Of a stretch of 61,094 nt of DNA, positions 38,597 to 46,772 are shown piece after piece. The notes under the pieces are model-generated. The model did no database searches and had not been told where the DNA came from. It saw only the letters and a list, made by a program, of their open reading frames with translations. The translations under genes and the position numbers were made by a program. Within the stretch, counting starts at the first letter, position 1. The number at the start of each line of letters is the position of its first letter. The stretch is from a virus (lineage: Duplodnaviria > Caudoviricetes). The stretch lies in the IMG/VR virus record IMGVR_UViG_3300020570_000012, positions 1-61,094 of that record. One strand, given 5' to 3'.

Positions 38597-38660
38597 GAAA
38601 TCCAATGAGGGGAAGGGTATCCCTGCTGACGAAAATACATCGCCACTCCCCCTGCCATAA
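38597..38660 (+). ncRNA. Candidate structured small RNA, copy 2
   Basis: GAGGGGA-AGGGTA-TCCCT-GCT-GACGA-AAATACA-TCGCC-AC; + strand TGcTATCTT at 38584-38592; strand not certain. Confidence 0.45.
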
Positions 38661-38667
38661 AATATTC

Positions 38668-38697
38668 ATTCTCAATAAGAAACCCCTTATTGAGAAT
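38668..38697. repeat. Perfect 12-bp inverted repeat
   Basis: ATTCTCAATAAG-AAACCC-CTTATTGAGAAT. Confidence 0.85.
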
Positions 38698-38730
38698 AGG
38701 GGATCTTGTGCCAATTCGAGAACTGTCACA

Positions 38731-38883
38731 TTAATCGAACGGATCGAACTCTTTCACCCTACAATGGAGATCTTCATTCGGTTCGAGTTGTAATAGTTCT
38801 CGCCAATTAATATGATCTAGATCTAGATCATCATAACACATAATGTCTAGTGTAACCTGTACAATGCGTTTCTGTGCTAACAT
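38731..38883 (-). CDS. Small hypothetical protein (50 aa)
   Basis: MLAQKRIVQVTLDIMCYDDLDLDHINWRELLQLEPNEDLHCRVKEFDPFD, translated by hand. Confidence 0.65.
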   Translation of the reverse strand: MLAQKRIVQVTLDIMCYDDLDLDHINWRELLQLEPNEDLHCRVKEFDPFD

Positions 38884-38915
38884 GACATCTAGATGTGTAT
38901 GTGTACTAGATTATA

Positions 38916-39068
38916 TCATGCATAATGACGATACGCAAGTGATTCATAATCTTGCCCATCTCGTGCATAATCCTCGTCGAGATCCTGTGCATCTAGTGCA
39001 TAATACTCGTCGAGATCCGCGTAATCATTGCCTGTGTATGTGTAGTCGAGATCGTAGTCGTCGTACAT
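38916..39068 (-). CDS. Asp/Tyr-rich micro-protein (50 aa)
   Basis: MYDDYDLDYTYTGNDYADLDEYYALDAQDLDEDYARDGQDYESLAYRHYA; TTGCAT-N17-TACAAT promoter at 39099-39127. Confidence 0.6.
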   Translation of the reverse strand: MYDDYDLDYTYTGNDYADLDEYYALDAQDLDEDYARDGQDYESLAYRHYA

Positions 39069-39219
39069 AAGCTCGTCGAGATTTGTGAACGCTATCGTAT
39101 TGTAGCATAAAACTCGACGAGATGCAATCTAGACTAGATGTAGAGCTCGTCGAGAATCATACCAGTATATATACGGTCTCGTCGAATTTTATGTGCATCT
39201 CGACACATATCTCGACTAG
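38973..39219. repeat. Periodic CTCG(T/A)CGAG palindromic repeats
   Basis: Copies at 38973, 39006, 39072, 39113, 39146; variants at 39042, 39178, 39211. Confidence 0.85.
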
Positions 39220-39327
39220 ATTCTATCACGAACTTATAAGAATGTCAAGGCATTATGAGTCTTGTGTGGGTCTGGGGAAATTTCGGCGGGTGTGTGGGTT
39301 GACAACTGCGCGTTCTTATGCTAACGT
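39220..39327. promoter_or_regulatory. Back-to-back divergent sigma70-type promoters
   Basis: Minus: TTGACA(39243-48)-N17-TAGAAT(39220-25); plus: TTGACA(39299-304)-N17-TAACGT(39322-27). Confidence 0.6.
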
Positions 39328-39563
39328 GCTAAGCCTGCATAAGATCTGAGTATTACTTATAAGATCTGGGTATTCTCAACACAATACCTAATTGATTCTC
39401 AACAAACAATAATTATTGAGAATGTTATAAGAAACACAAATATATTTTTGTTAATAATAGGTTAAATCTTCATTGTATACTATACAACACAAAATCTGAT
39501 ACACCATACAATAAATCATATATACCATACAATATAACACAGTATAACACCTTACAATATACA

Positions 39564-40334
39564 ATGGAAAGAGGAATCATTTACCTTATTCTCAACAAGC
39601 AAACAGGTGAAAAATACGTCGGAAACACCACACTTGCAATGAACAAAGAATGGGTACACCACATAGATCGTTCTAAAAGAATGTCCTCAGAACCCTTACA
39701 TAAGGCATTCAGAAAGCATGGTGTGCATAACTTTATGATTAAAGAACTGGATGAGTATGATAATACCTGTTTAGAAAGTAAGTTAAATGAATGGATAGAC
39801 AAATATAAACCTGAATACAATCCTGCTCCTGTTAATGCAGAAAAAACGGTAATCCCAATGCAGGAAAAGCGGGAACCCGTAGGGTTGAGCGATAGCGAAA
39901 TACCTAAACCTAAAAGAACATATAAATCATCACCACACCTCATACAATGGAATGAACAGAATAGAGGAGATGGTAAACACTTTGGTATTAAGATAAGAGG
40001 TAAGAACTTAGATACTGGTTTATGTACTGACTATGAAAATGCAAGAGTCGCAGCAGAACAGGTCACAGGTAATCCGCGAAACAATTCGAACATTCTACTT
40101 GCTGCCAAAACTGGTAGAACTGCATACGGATACAAATGGCAATTATTAGAAGAGAAGAAGAATAAAAGATCGGTATTTGGTGTCAATAAAAAAACGGGGT
40201 TGATTGGTCCCCGTTATGAAAGTATTAATGCCGCTGTTCGTGCCTTTGAGTGTACTGATAAACACAGCATTCTCAAAAGTTTGAAGAATCCTGGTAAGTA
40301 TAGTTGGAAGAGTTATTATTGGTTCTATGGTTAA
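39564..40334 (+). CDS. GIY-YIG homing endonuclease with NUMOD1-like C-terminal repeats
   Basis: GIIYLILNKQTGEKYVG, LHKAFRKHGVHNF, YKPEYN; YENARVAA..TAYGYKW and YESINAA..YYW repeats. Confidence 0.85.
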   Translation: MERGIIYLILNKQTGEKYVGNTTLAMNKEWVHHIDRSKRMSSEPLHKAFRKHGVHNFMIKELDEYDNTCLESKLNEWIDKYKPEYNPAPVNAEKTVIPMQEKREPVGLSDSEIPKPKRTYKSSPHLIQWNEQNRGDGKHFGIKIRGKNLDTGLCTDYENARVAAEQVTGNPRNNSNILLAAKTGRTAYGYKWQLLEEKKNKRSVFGVNKKTGLIGPRYESINAAVRAFECTDKHSILKSLKNPGKYSWKSYYWFYG

Positions 40335-40538
40335 TTACTTATTATAAGCCTCATTCTTTTCTCTATCTTCTTTCTCTGCGGTCTGATTCAAATGCATAGT
40401 CGTATGCAGGCGCTGTTGATTAATAAGACGATTGCGAAGACGGGCGGCGGCGATTGTTCCCTTAGCCTTTGCAACGGCGACTTTTGTTCGATCCACACTA
40501 CCATGAATCTGTTCCATCAGTTGCGAAAACGTCTTCAT
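40335..40538 (-). CDS. Candidate capsid internal protein
   Basis: MKTFSQLMEQ N-terminus resembles the T4 capsid targeting sequence; CTAAATA late-like box near 40561-40567. Confidence 0.55.
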   Translation of the reverse strand: MKTFSQLMEQIHGSVDRTKVAVAKAKGTIAAARLRNRLINQQRLHTTMHLNQTAEKEDREKNEAYNK

Positions 40539-40642
40539 TGTTACTTCGAATCCTTTTTTATATTTAGAAGATTGGTATGATTTCGGAGTTTATAAATCCC
40601 TCGTCTTTGACATGTTGCTCCCAACGTGATGCATCTTCAATA

Positions 40643-40885
40643 TTATAGAAAATTGCTTCTTGCTTCGCTCGTTTGTTGTCCTTCTTCAATTTGTAGTATA
40701 CAACCTGGTATTTCATTTTTGTTCCAATGTCGAATTACGCCTGCAATAATGAATAAGTTAGTAATGAGATAAGTGAGGAATATAACAGTCCGTATATGAG
40801 CAACGTGATCTGATTCTCGGTCATTCTTTGATGCCTTTTCTCCAATTGCCTTTGCCCAGAGTCTCCATAATGTTTTATTCTTCAT
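40643..40885 (-). CDS. Small membrane protein
   Basis: WRLWAKAIGEKA...IRTVIF...AGVIRHW, a common phage motif. Confidence 0.7.
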   Translation of the reverse strand: MKNKTLWRLWAKAIGEKASKNDRESDHVAHIRTVIFLTYLITNLFIIAGVIRHWNKNEIPGCILQIEEGQQTSEARSNFL

Positions 40886-41025
40886 GCCGCCTGTTTTCTT
40901 TTCACTTGCAGATCTCTTAACTTCTCACCTGGTTTTCTGAGATCAATATGAACCGCATCTGGATCATTTGGAAGTTTTGATTGTCCTGGTGTCATTTGTT
41001 CCTGAAACTGTCTGAAAGTTTTCAC
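40882..41025 (-). CDS. Candidate capsid internal protein (47 aa, GTG start)
   Basis: MKTFRQFQEQMTPGQSKLPNDPDAVHIDLRKPGEKLRDLQVKRKQAA; ATAAATA box at about 41053-41059. Confidence 0.55.
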   Translation of the reverse strand: MKTFRQFQEQMTPGQSKLPNDPDAVHIDLRKPGEKLRDLQVKRKQAA

Positions 41026-41276
41026 GATTGATTCGGAATGATTGTTTCAGAATATTTATCGGTACGATGTCCAACATGATTCAGTTCGTTCCATTGACTT
41101 GAGAAGCAAAGAACCAACAGACGATTGTTCTTGTGTAATGAACATGCCTGAACGTTCTGCTCATCCTTTGGAGATACATTCGTCTCAATCGTAATGTATT
41201 CCTTATCCACAAAATAAACCCAACCTTCGACTCCTTTGGTCCATTGAACATAATCGTTCAGACGTGGTTTATACAT
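41022..41276 (-). CDS. Conserved cyanophage hypothetical protein
   Basis: YKPRLNDYVQW...EGWVYFVDKEYITIE. Confidence 0.7.
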   Translation of the reverse strand: MYKPRLNDYVQWTKGVEGWVYFVDKEYITIETNVSPKDEQNVQACSLHKNNRLLVLCFSSQWNELNHVGHRTDKYSETIIPNQS

Positions 41277-41547
41277 ACGCACATTCAAGCGGAGTTCGTT
41301 TGGGAATCATTGCCGAATAAGGAGTCGTATCATCAATATTCACACACTTACCGACTGTCTTACTATTGATGGGTGAGAAGTATTCTTTTGTTTTGGTGTT
41401 GTAGAATCCCCAGATACTGCGAGTAACCCCACCACCATTGTAACTAAACTGACTATGATTATGAATCCAAATTGCAATAACATTGCGTTTAAAGTCAACT
41501 TGCTCATAAGAATATCCTTTGGGTGGTTTGTGGGGGAACTCAATCAT
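41269..41547 (-). CDS. Conserved cyanophage hypothetical protein
   Basis: FPHKPPKGYSY...IWGFYN...TTPYSAM. Confidence 0.75.
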   Translation of the reverse strand: MIEFPHKPPKGYSYEQVDFKRNVIAIWIHNHSQFSYNGGGVTRSIWGFYNTKTKEYFSPINSKTVGKCVNIDDTTPYSAMIPKRTPLECAYV

Positions 41548-41711
41548 TTTTGGGGATTTGGTATGGCACGAAGTGAATTAGGATTGTATCCATCGGCAAT
41601 CAACTGAGTCAGAACTTGTTGTGTCACTTCTTTGGTCATGTTGACGTATTTCTCATCAACCAGTTCCCAACCACTTGTGCAGAGTTCTTCAATGCGATAA
41701 AGTTTTTCCAT
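41544..41711 (-). CDS. Small hypothetical protein (55 aa)
   Basis: MEKLYRIEELCTSGWELVD...GYNPNSLRA, translated by hand. Confidence 0.65.
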   Translation of the reverse strand: MEKLYRIEELCTSGWELVDEKYVNMTKEVTQQVLTQLIADGYNPNSLRAIPNPQK

Positions 41712-41716
41712 GATTA

Positions 41717-41947
41717 TCAAGTCGTAAATGCATCAATGATACCAGATTCATACTCATCAACAAGAGCAAACTTTTGTGCCTTGACGACATTTGGCATGAT
41801 TAGATTCTGATACTTATTATCAAAACCATCTTCCTCTGAGAGAAGTTCAAATGCTTCCGTATCATTCTCAGCAATCAGTGAAACGACTCCACCATATTCA
41901 GAAGATGGAAACGGAACCCAGTAGTCAACAATGTAAAGAGATTTCAT
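41717..41947 (-). CDS. Conserved cyanophage hypothetical protein
   Basis: LYIVDYWVPFPSSEYGG. Confidence 0.75.
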   Translation of the reverse strand: MKSLYIVDYWVPFPSSEYGGVVSLIAENDTEAFELLSEEDGFDNKYQNLIMPNVVKAQKFALVDEYESGIIDAFTT

Positions 41948-41960
41948 TGGTATGTGTAAA

Positions 41961-42143
41961 TTACTCGGTCATTTTAGTGTAATAGTTGGTGTTTGTCAAG
42001 TTTGCAAGTTGTCGTTGAATCTCAAACTTGACAGGAAACAAATGCGAAGAAAAGAAACCAGCATACTGTCCATCTTTGAGAAGTTCATAAACATTCTCAA
42101 TCTGCATTTGTGCCAGAATGAGTTTTGTCTTTTGATCCATCAC
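41961..42143 (-). CDS. Small hypothetical protein
   Basis: ORF track; operon context. Confidence 0.65.
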   Translation of the reverse strand: MMDQKTKLILAQMQIENVYELLKDGQYAGFFSSHLFPVKFEIQRQLANLTNTNYYTKMTE

Positions 42144-42322
42144 ACAAACTCCTGAATGTAATAATCGACGGTGATTTCCAGTTCTGCCGCCTTCTGCTCA
42201 TAAAGATCTTCGGTGTATTTCTGAGCACAGACCCATGCCTCATGATTGAACTGTTCGACTTCATAGTGTTTCATAAAATCCTCAAAAGCATTGATAAACT
42301 GTGTGATGTCTTCGTCGTTCAT
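42140..42322 (-). CDS. Small acidic hypothetical protein
   Basis: Ends EQKAAELEITVDYYIQEFV. Confidence 0.7.
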   Translation of the reverse strand: MNDEDITQFINAFEDFMKHYEVEQFNHEAWVCAQKYTEDLYEQKAAELEITVDYYIQEFV

Positions 42323-42467
42323 TTGGCGTAGCGACAATCGGGATGAGGTTGTGGAAGTTCGGCACAGACTTTATCATATGCCTTGAACAGTTCTTGATCA
42401 CGTTTGATCATCATTCCGTTCCACATTAGAATGCCGATGATTGCAAGAAACCAATAAGAAGTTTTCA

Positions 42468-42701
42468 TCAGCAGGCACCTGCCATCGGATTCACATTCAC
42501 TGATTCAGTGTTAAAACCAGTCACTTCATAACCAAGACCAATGCGCTCATCACACTCACGCTTAAAATCGTGCTTGGTGATACACTTGGTACTCATGGTG
42601 TCCACACCTTGAAACTTCAGAACCTTGTAAACGAACTGAGTGCTGCCTTCGATGGGGAAGTAATCCACAACCATCGTGCCAGTGGTGGAGGTCAGTTGCA
42701 T
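42468..42701 (-). CDS. Early small hypothetical protein
   Basis: Own TATAAT plus palindrome promoter. Confidence 0.7.
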   Translation of the reverse strand: MQLTSTTGTMVVDYFPIEGSTQFVYKVLKFQGVDTMSTKCITKHDFKRECDERIGLGYEVTGFNTESVNVNPMAGAC

Positions 42702-42733
42702 TGGGTGTCTCCCGATTACCTTGTAATTATAGG

Positions 42734-42985
42734 TCAGAAGGACGGCACCACGTCGTTGCGTATGCCAGTTTGCGATCTGTCCATCTGCTCCCAGTAGGAA
42801 TAGAGTTTATCATAAAGTGCTGGCACACTTCCATACTCTCTGGCAATTCGGTGTTCATCCACATTTTCAAGATTTTGAAGTGCAGAAAGAATCACACCCA
42901 TCTCATGAACATTTAGATTTACGGTTATTTCTCCCATACAATTAATCCCAAGATACGTTTTGAACATAGAAACTAGGCATGACAT
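42734..42985 (-). CDS. Small hypothetical protein
   Basis: ORF track; true start probably MGEITV. Confidence 0.6.
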   Translation of the reverse strand: MSCLVSMFKTYLGINCMGEITVNLNVHEMGVILSALQNLENVDEHRIAREYGSVPALYDKLYSYWEQMDRSQTGIRNDVVPSF

Positions 42986-43313
42986 TTGACCATGTGCCTA
43001 GTTCACCAACACTACCAATTTTATATTCCCATTTATAGGCAAACTTGTTATGACTATCCCAAGTCATAAAACCTTCTTTCTTATCAAACCATGATTTGAT
43101 TGTCAGACCAAATCGATTTGAGAATATATTGCGAGTGCGAAGTGCTCCACCCTTTTCACGGGTTTCAATCACAACACACAGGTCAGTCATTGGTTCACCC
43201 TCATGCATCAGAGCACAAGAAGTTTCATATCGAAATGGTTGGTAAGTTTTTACCTCTTGTGCATACGAAGGTGATGCAAACAAAAGTGTGGTCAAAAGAA
43301 GAAACTTTTTCAT
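42942..43313 (-). CDS. Secreted hypothetical protein
   Basis: Signal peptide MKKFLLLTTLLFASPSYA. Confidence 0.7.
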   Translation of the reverse strand: MKKFLLLTTLLFASPSYAQEVKTYQPFRYETSCALMHEGEPMTDLCVVIETREKGGALRTRNIFSNRFGLTIKSWFDKKEGFMTWDSHNKFAYKWEYKIGSVGELGTWSNVMPSFYVQNVSWD

Positions 43314-43613
43314 ACGATTGATTTCTTTGAATTCAGTATAGCACGACGGGCAGCATATGCCTCAAATTCAGATGGAAATGATACGATGGTTTGTCCAGTA
43401 TCAGACCAGACCAAATACCAACGCCCAACAAATTTTTTAATGTAAATGGGTTTCATACACACAAACTCACATCAATTTCTTTGATATTCAAACCACACAG
43501 TTGATCATAGACACGCTTACAGATAATATCAGATGCTTTCTTTGCTTTTGACTTTTCATACCAGATGGTGCAGAGACCATCAAAGGTTTCAACACGAATG
43601 CGATAGTTTTTCA

Positions 43614-43853
43614 TCAGAAGTGTGCCTCAGAGTAGTCAAGTTGAGTGGAATACTTTGCAATGGCATCATAGCACTTTTGAGTCATTTGTGCATCACCATC
43701 AGCGACATAACCAGTCAAAAACTCAAAAGCATACTTCATACGCTGTTCGGGTTGTGCCAGAATACGCTTCAATTCTGCCTGCTGTTTCTGATAGGCAGAA
43801 TTGTGAGCAAACATCTCACGGTCAACGAAACTGGTGGTGTAGTAGGGGTGCAT
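43614..43853 (-). CDS. Early small hypothetical protein
   Basis: Own TATAAT promoter with the leader TACAAGGTAATC, shared with the 42701 gene. Confidence 0.7.
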   Translation of the reverse strand: MHPYYTTSFVDREMFAHNSAYQKQQAELKRILAQPEQRMKYAFEFLTGYVADGDAQMTQKCYDAIAKYSTQLDYSEAHF

Positions 43854-43879
43854 CAGGTGTTCCCTTGATTACCTTGTAA

Positions 43880-44356
43880 TTATACTGCCTGCATCAGGCG
43901 GTTTGGGAAGCACTGTGCCACTTGTGGGACTGGCACACCTCTTTTTTCAATTAGATACTCTACATATAGGGTTTCTTCCTGTTCCCGTGCCTCTATTTCG
44001 TGTGGTTGATACCAATAGTCGTATTTTTCCACTGGTTCCTTAGAATAACACAATTTTCCGTATCGAAACCGCAGCGAACCGACCACCCACTGCCGCAGAT
44101 GGGTCAGTTCATGAAAAAGAGTTTTTATATACAACTCCTCAGACATATAGGTATTGAGTTCAATCAGGAACTCACGGGGACGATAAGATTCTCCCACAAC
44201 ATCGCAATAACCATAAACATGCTCACGGCGCAAACCACGATGATGAATCTCTACATCAATCTTATGGCGTGGGAGAAACCTATTCAGAAACCAAGTGGTA
44301 ACGTCCTCACAGAGGCGTTTAGAATAACCGTATCCAGAATACGTGATGTAAGACAT
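43880..44356 (-). CDS. HEXXH zincin-like protein
   Basis: TLFHELTHLRQW...YWYQPHEIEAR. Confidence 0.7.
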   Translation of the reverse strand: MSYITYSGYGYSKRLCEDVTTWFLNRFLPRHKIDVEIHHRGLRREHVYGYCDVVGESYRPREFLIELNTYMSEELYIKTLFHELTHLRQWVVGSLRFRYGKLCYSKEPVEKYDYWYQPHEIEAREQEETLYVEYLIEKRGVPVPQVAQCFPNRLMQAV

Positions 44357-44490
44357 TGACCCCAGTGCAAAAACCAAATAAACGAAGAGATGAAGATCAG
44401 TTTGTCAGTCGTGTTCATCAGGAGTTTCGATAAGATAACCAACGACTATTCCAATCGGAATAGAAAGTAAAATCCACAAAAGTAACCAAG

Positions 44491-44724
44491 TCATCGGGCA
44501 ATTACATCCAGAGATTCTAACAGCATCATCGCAAGTTCCATACGATTATCCTCATCAACCACGGGAATGTTAGCATCAACAAACTCAGAAGCAAGTTGAG
44601 CAAAGAGTTCCATTGTCCGCTCATCTGCAAATACTGATGTGGCAAACTCACTCTTGAAACCATCACGCAGCAGTCGCAGGGACTTGGTAATGGTCAGTTC
44701 ACGGATTTCGTTAGCGTAAGTCAT
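44491..44724 (-). CDS. Small hypothetical protein
   Basis: Probable start MTYANEI. Confidence 0.65.
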   Translation of the reverse strand: MTYANEIRELTITKSLRLLRDGFKSEFATSVFADERTMELFAQLASEFVDANIPVVDEDNRMELAMMLLESLDVIAR

Positions 44725-44753
44725 TTTAAGAAAGTGTTGGGTCGGAATGAACA

Positions 44754-45185
44754 TCAGCGAAGATAAAGGTAACCACCTGCCCAGTCGGCGTGTTGCAACA
44801 ACCATTCACGTTGCTCAATGATGCGAAGATCATAGCGAACACCTTTGGCAGGTGCTTTCCAAGATGCAGACTTATACACTTGACCAGTTTTCTTATCCAC
44901 AAAAGCATGAACAGAGCGAGAACCAGCAGCGTTCATAATGATTTTGTGATACTTACGACCAGTTTCAGGATAGAACTCATAATCACAAATACCCTGTTTC
45001 AGTTTCTCAATACAAGCATCATGATACTCTACATCTTCGGTGCGAAGTGCATGAGACTTAATGCTGTAATCAATGAAGTTCTGACGCAGTGCCTCACAGA
45101 GAGCATAAGTGTGCCCCAGAACGGCAGTTGCAATGTCCTTTCGTGCCTCAGCAGCGGCGGCGTAGTCAGCGAAGGTCGTGGTCAT
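44754..45185 (-). CDS. Conserved phage early protein
   Basis: GRKYHKI...SVHAFVDKKTGQVYKSASWKAPAKGVRY...WAGGYLY. Confidence 0.8.
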   Translation of the reverse strand: MTTTFADYAAAAEARKDIATAVLGHTYALCEALRQNFIDYSIKSHALRTEDVEYHDACIEKLKQGICDYEFYPETGRKYHKIIMNAAGSRSVHAFVDKKTGQVYKSASWKAPAKGVRYDLRIIEQREWLLQHADWAGGYLYLR

Positions 45186-45238
45186 TGGTTGGTTGCGTAT
45201 GTGCTTATTATAGAGGCAACTGGGCGCCTCTGAGCGGG

Positions 45239-45364
45239 TTAGTATGCCAGTTCATGATCTGGCACCCACGAATCATCATCATACAGGTATCCCATCCAAT
45301 CTGCTGGTTCAGAACCATAGATTTCGATTTCCCGCAGTTCTTCAATCAGTTCGGACAGGTCCAT
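45239..45364 (-). CDS. Acidic micro-protein (41 aa)
   Basis: MDLSELIEELREIEIYGSEPADWMGYLYDDDSWVPDHELAY; own TATAAT plus palindrome promoter. Confidence 0.6.
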   Translation of the reverse strand: MDLSELIEELREIEIYGSEPADWMGYLYDDDSWVPDHELAY

Positions 45365-45440
45365 AAGAAACCCTTAATTACCTCAGTATTATAGCAGAAA
45401 ACCCGCCTTGTGGGCGGGTCGTGTACCAGTTATTAAAGTG

Positions 45441-45845
45441 TCACTTGTTCATTTGCAAAGTGGGAACAGGCATTCCACCTTCGGTAGGAACATAGATCGT
45501 CACGTTACCTTTGTTCGATCCTTCTTCCAGTCCAGTGATATAAAGATATTGAAGATACTCACGATTATCTTTCAGCGAATTGCCAATGATTTGGTTTGCT
45601 TTTGCAACACCAGTAGCACGAATAACTTCAGCATCAGCAAGTTGTTGGGCAGAGTCTTTCTTTGCCTGTGCTTCCAGAACTGCTACCTGGCGAGTATATT
45701 CTGCCTTTTGCAGTTCAGCTTTACCTTGTAGAGATTGTGCCCACACATTGTAAAGTGGACCAACCACAGCATTGATAATCATCAAAGACAGAAGAAAAGA
45801 AACGCCGATGATACCAGCGTTGCGGAGAGTGTTATCAGGTTTCAC
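45441..45845 (-). CDS. Membrane protein with SPFH/band-7-like coiled coil
   Basis: N-terminal TM; ADAEVIRATGVAKANQIIGNSL...YLQYLYI...IYVPTE. Confidence 0.65.
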   Translation of the reverse strand: MKPDNTLRNAGIIGVSFLLSLMIINAVVGPLYNVWAQSLQGKAELQKAEYTRQVAVLEAQAKKDSAQQLADAEVIRATGVAKANQIIGNSLKDNREYLQYLYITGLEEGSNKGNVTIYVPTEGGMPVPTLQMNK

Positions 45846-45864
45846 AATTTACCTCAAATAAAAT

Positions 45865-46287
45865 TCAGGGAATAATCCAATCGTAACCATCAGGTTCTTT
45901 AACAGTCTCAAATCCATCATATTCATCAATACGATAAGGACCAGAGACTTCTTCAATAGCAAGTTTAGCACACATTCCGTTTGCTTTGTCACCCAGTTCT
46001 TCTACAACTTGAACCAGAATAGGATCATGACGGGAAATATCATTCCCATACCAAGTTTGTTCGGAATACTTTTTGTTGAAAGCAATACGTTCTTCTAATG
46101 GCAAGGAATTCCAGTTTTCTGGTTGTTTGAGTTGTTCTTCTGGTGGAACCAACCAAACGGTGAACATATCCATGAAGTCACCATTTTCAATCCAAACTTC
46201 TTTGCCTTGAAGTTCCCAGTAACGTAGACATGCTTCACGGGAAAGATTGAACCCACCGTATTTGGCATTATATACTACTTTAGTCAT
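45865..46287 (-). CDS. Conserved phage hypothetical protein
   Basis: KVVYNAKYGGFNLS...RHDPILVQVVEELG...YRIDEYDGFETV. Confidence 0.8.
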   Translation of the reverse strand: MTKVVYNAKYGGFNLSREACLRYWELQGKEVWIENGDFMDMFTVWLVPPEEQLKQPENWNSLPLEERIAFNKKYSEQTWYGNDISRHDPILVQVVEELGDKANGMCAKLAIEEVSGPYRIDEYDGFETVKEPDGYDWIIP

Positions 46288-46289
46288 GA

Positions 46290-46772
46290 TCAGAGTTTGA
46301 AAGGAGAAACAATAATACGAGGTTCAACATAAACAGGACGAGTCTTACCACTACCATCAGGGTCAGAACACATCACCCAAGTTCCTTCTGCACTATCAGG
46401 AGAGAATAGACCATTAGGATCTGCCTGTGGAAGAGTTGTTCCACTCATTTCATATTTTTCTGGATTGGTGTATTGTGTAGCAGCAGGGAGACCATAACCA
46501 ATAGAGTTGCACAGAAACACAGGACGACCAGTAGTTTCGGGAACAGTGTAAGTATAAGTCACCAGACCATCTTGGTCACGCATTTCAATAATCTGCTTCA
46601 GCAACTTACGTTCACGGAAGTTCTTAATGGCAGGCATACCACTTTGAGCAGTTCCTTCCTTCAGAATTTGTTCTTGTTGATAACGTTGAGTATCATCTGA
46701 GTTCTCTTCAATACAACCAGTCAGAGTAAGACCAAGAACAGCAAGTGCAGCAACAGAAACGATGGTTTTCAT
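46290..46772 (-). CDS. Lipoprotein
   Basis: Lipobox LTGC; CNSIGYGLP...TQYTNP...QADPNGLF...GTWVMC...YVEP. Confidence 0.75.
   Translation of the reverse strand: MKTIVSVAALAVLGLTLTGCIEENSDDTQRYQQEQILKEGTAQSGMPAIKNFRERKLLKQIIEMRDQDGLVTYTYTVPETTGRPVFLCNSIGYGLPAATQYTNPEKYEMSGTTLPQADPNGLFSPDSAEGTWVMCSDPDGSGKTRPVYVEPRIIVSPFKL

Noticed and set aside
38973-39219. Periodic repeats as a mini-CRISPR array
   Set aside because: Repeat core is only 9-17 bp, spacers are too short and share sequence, and copies occur in both orientations
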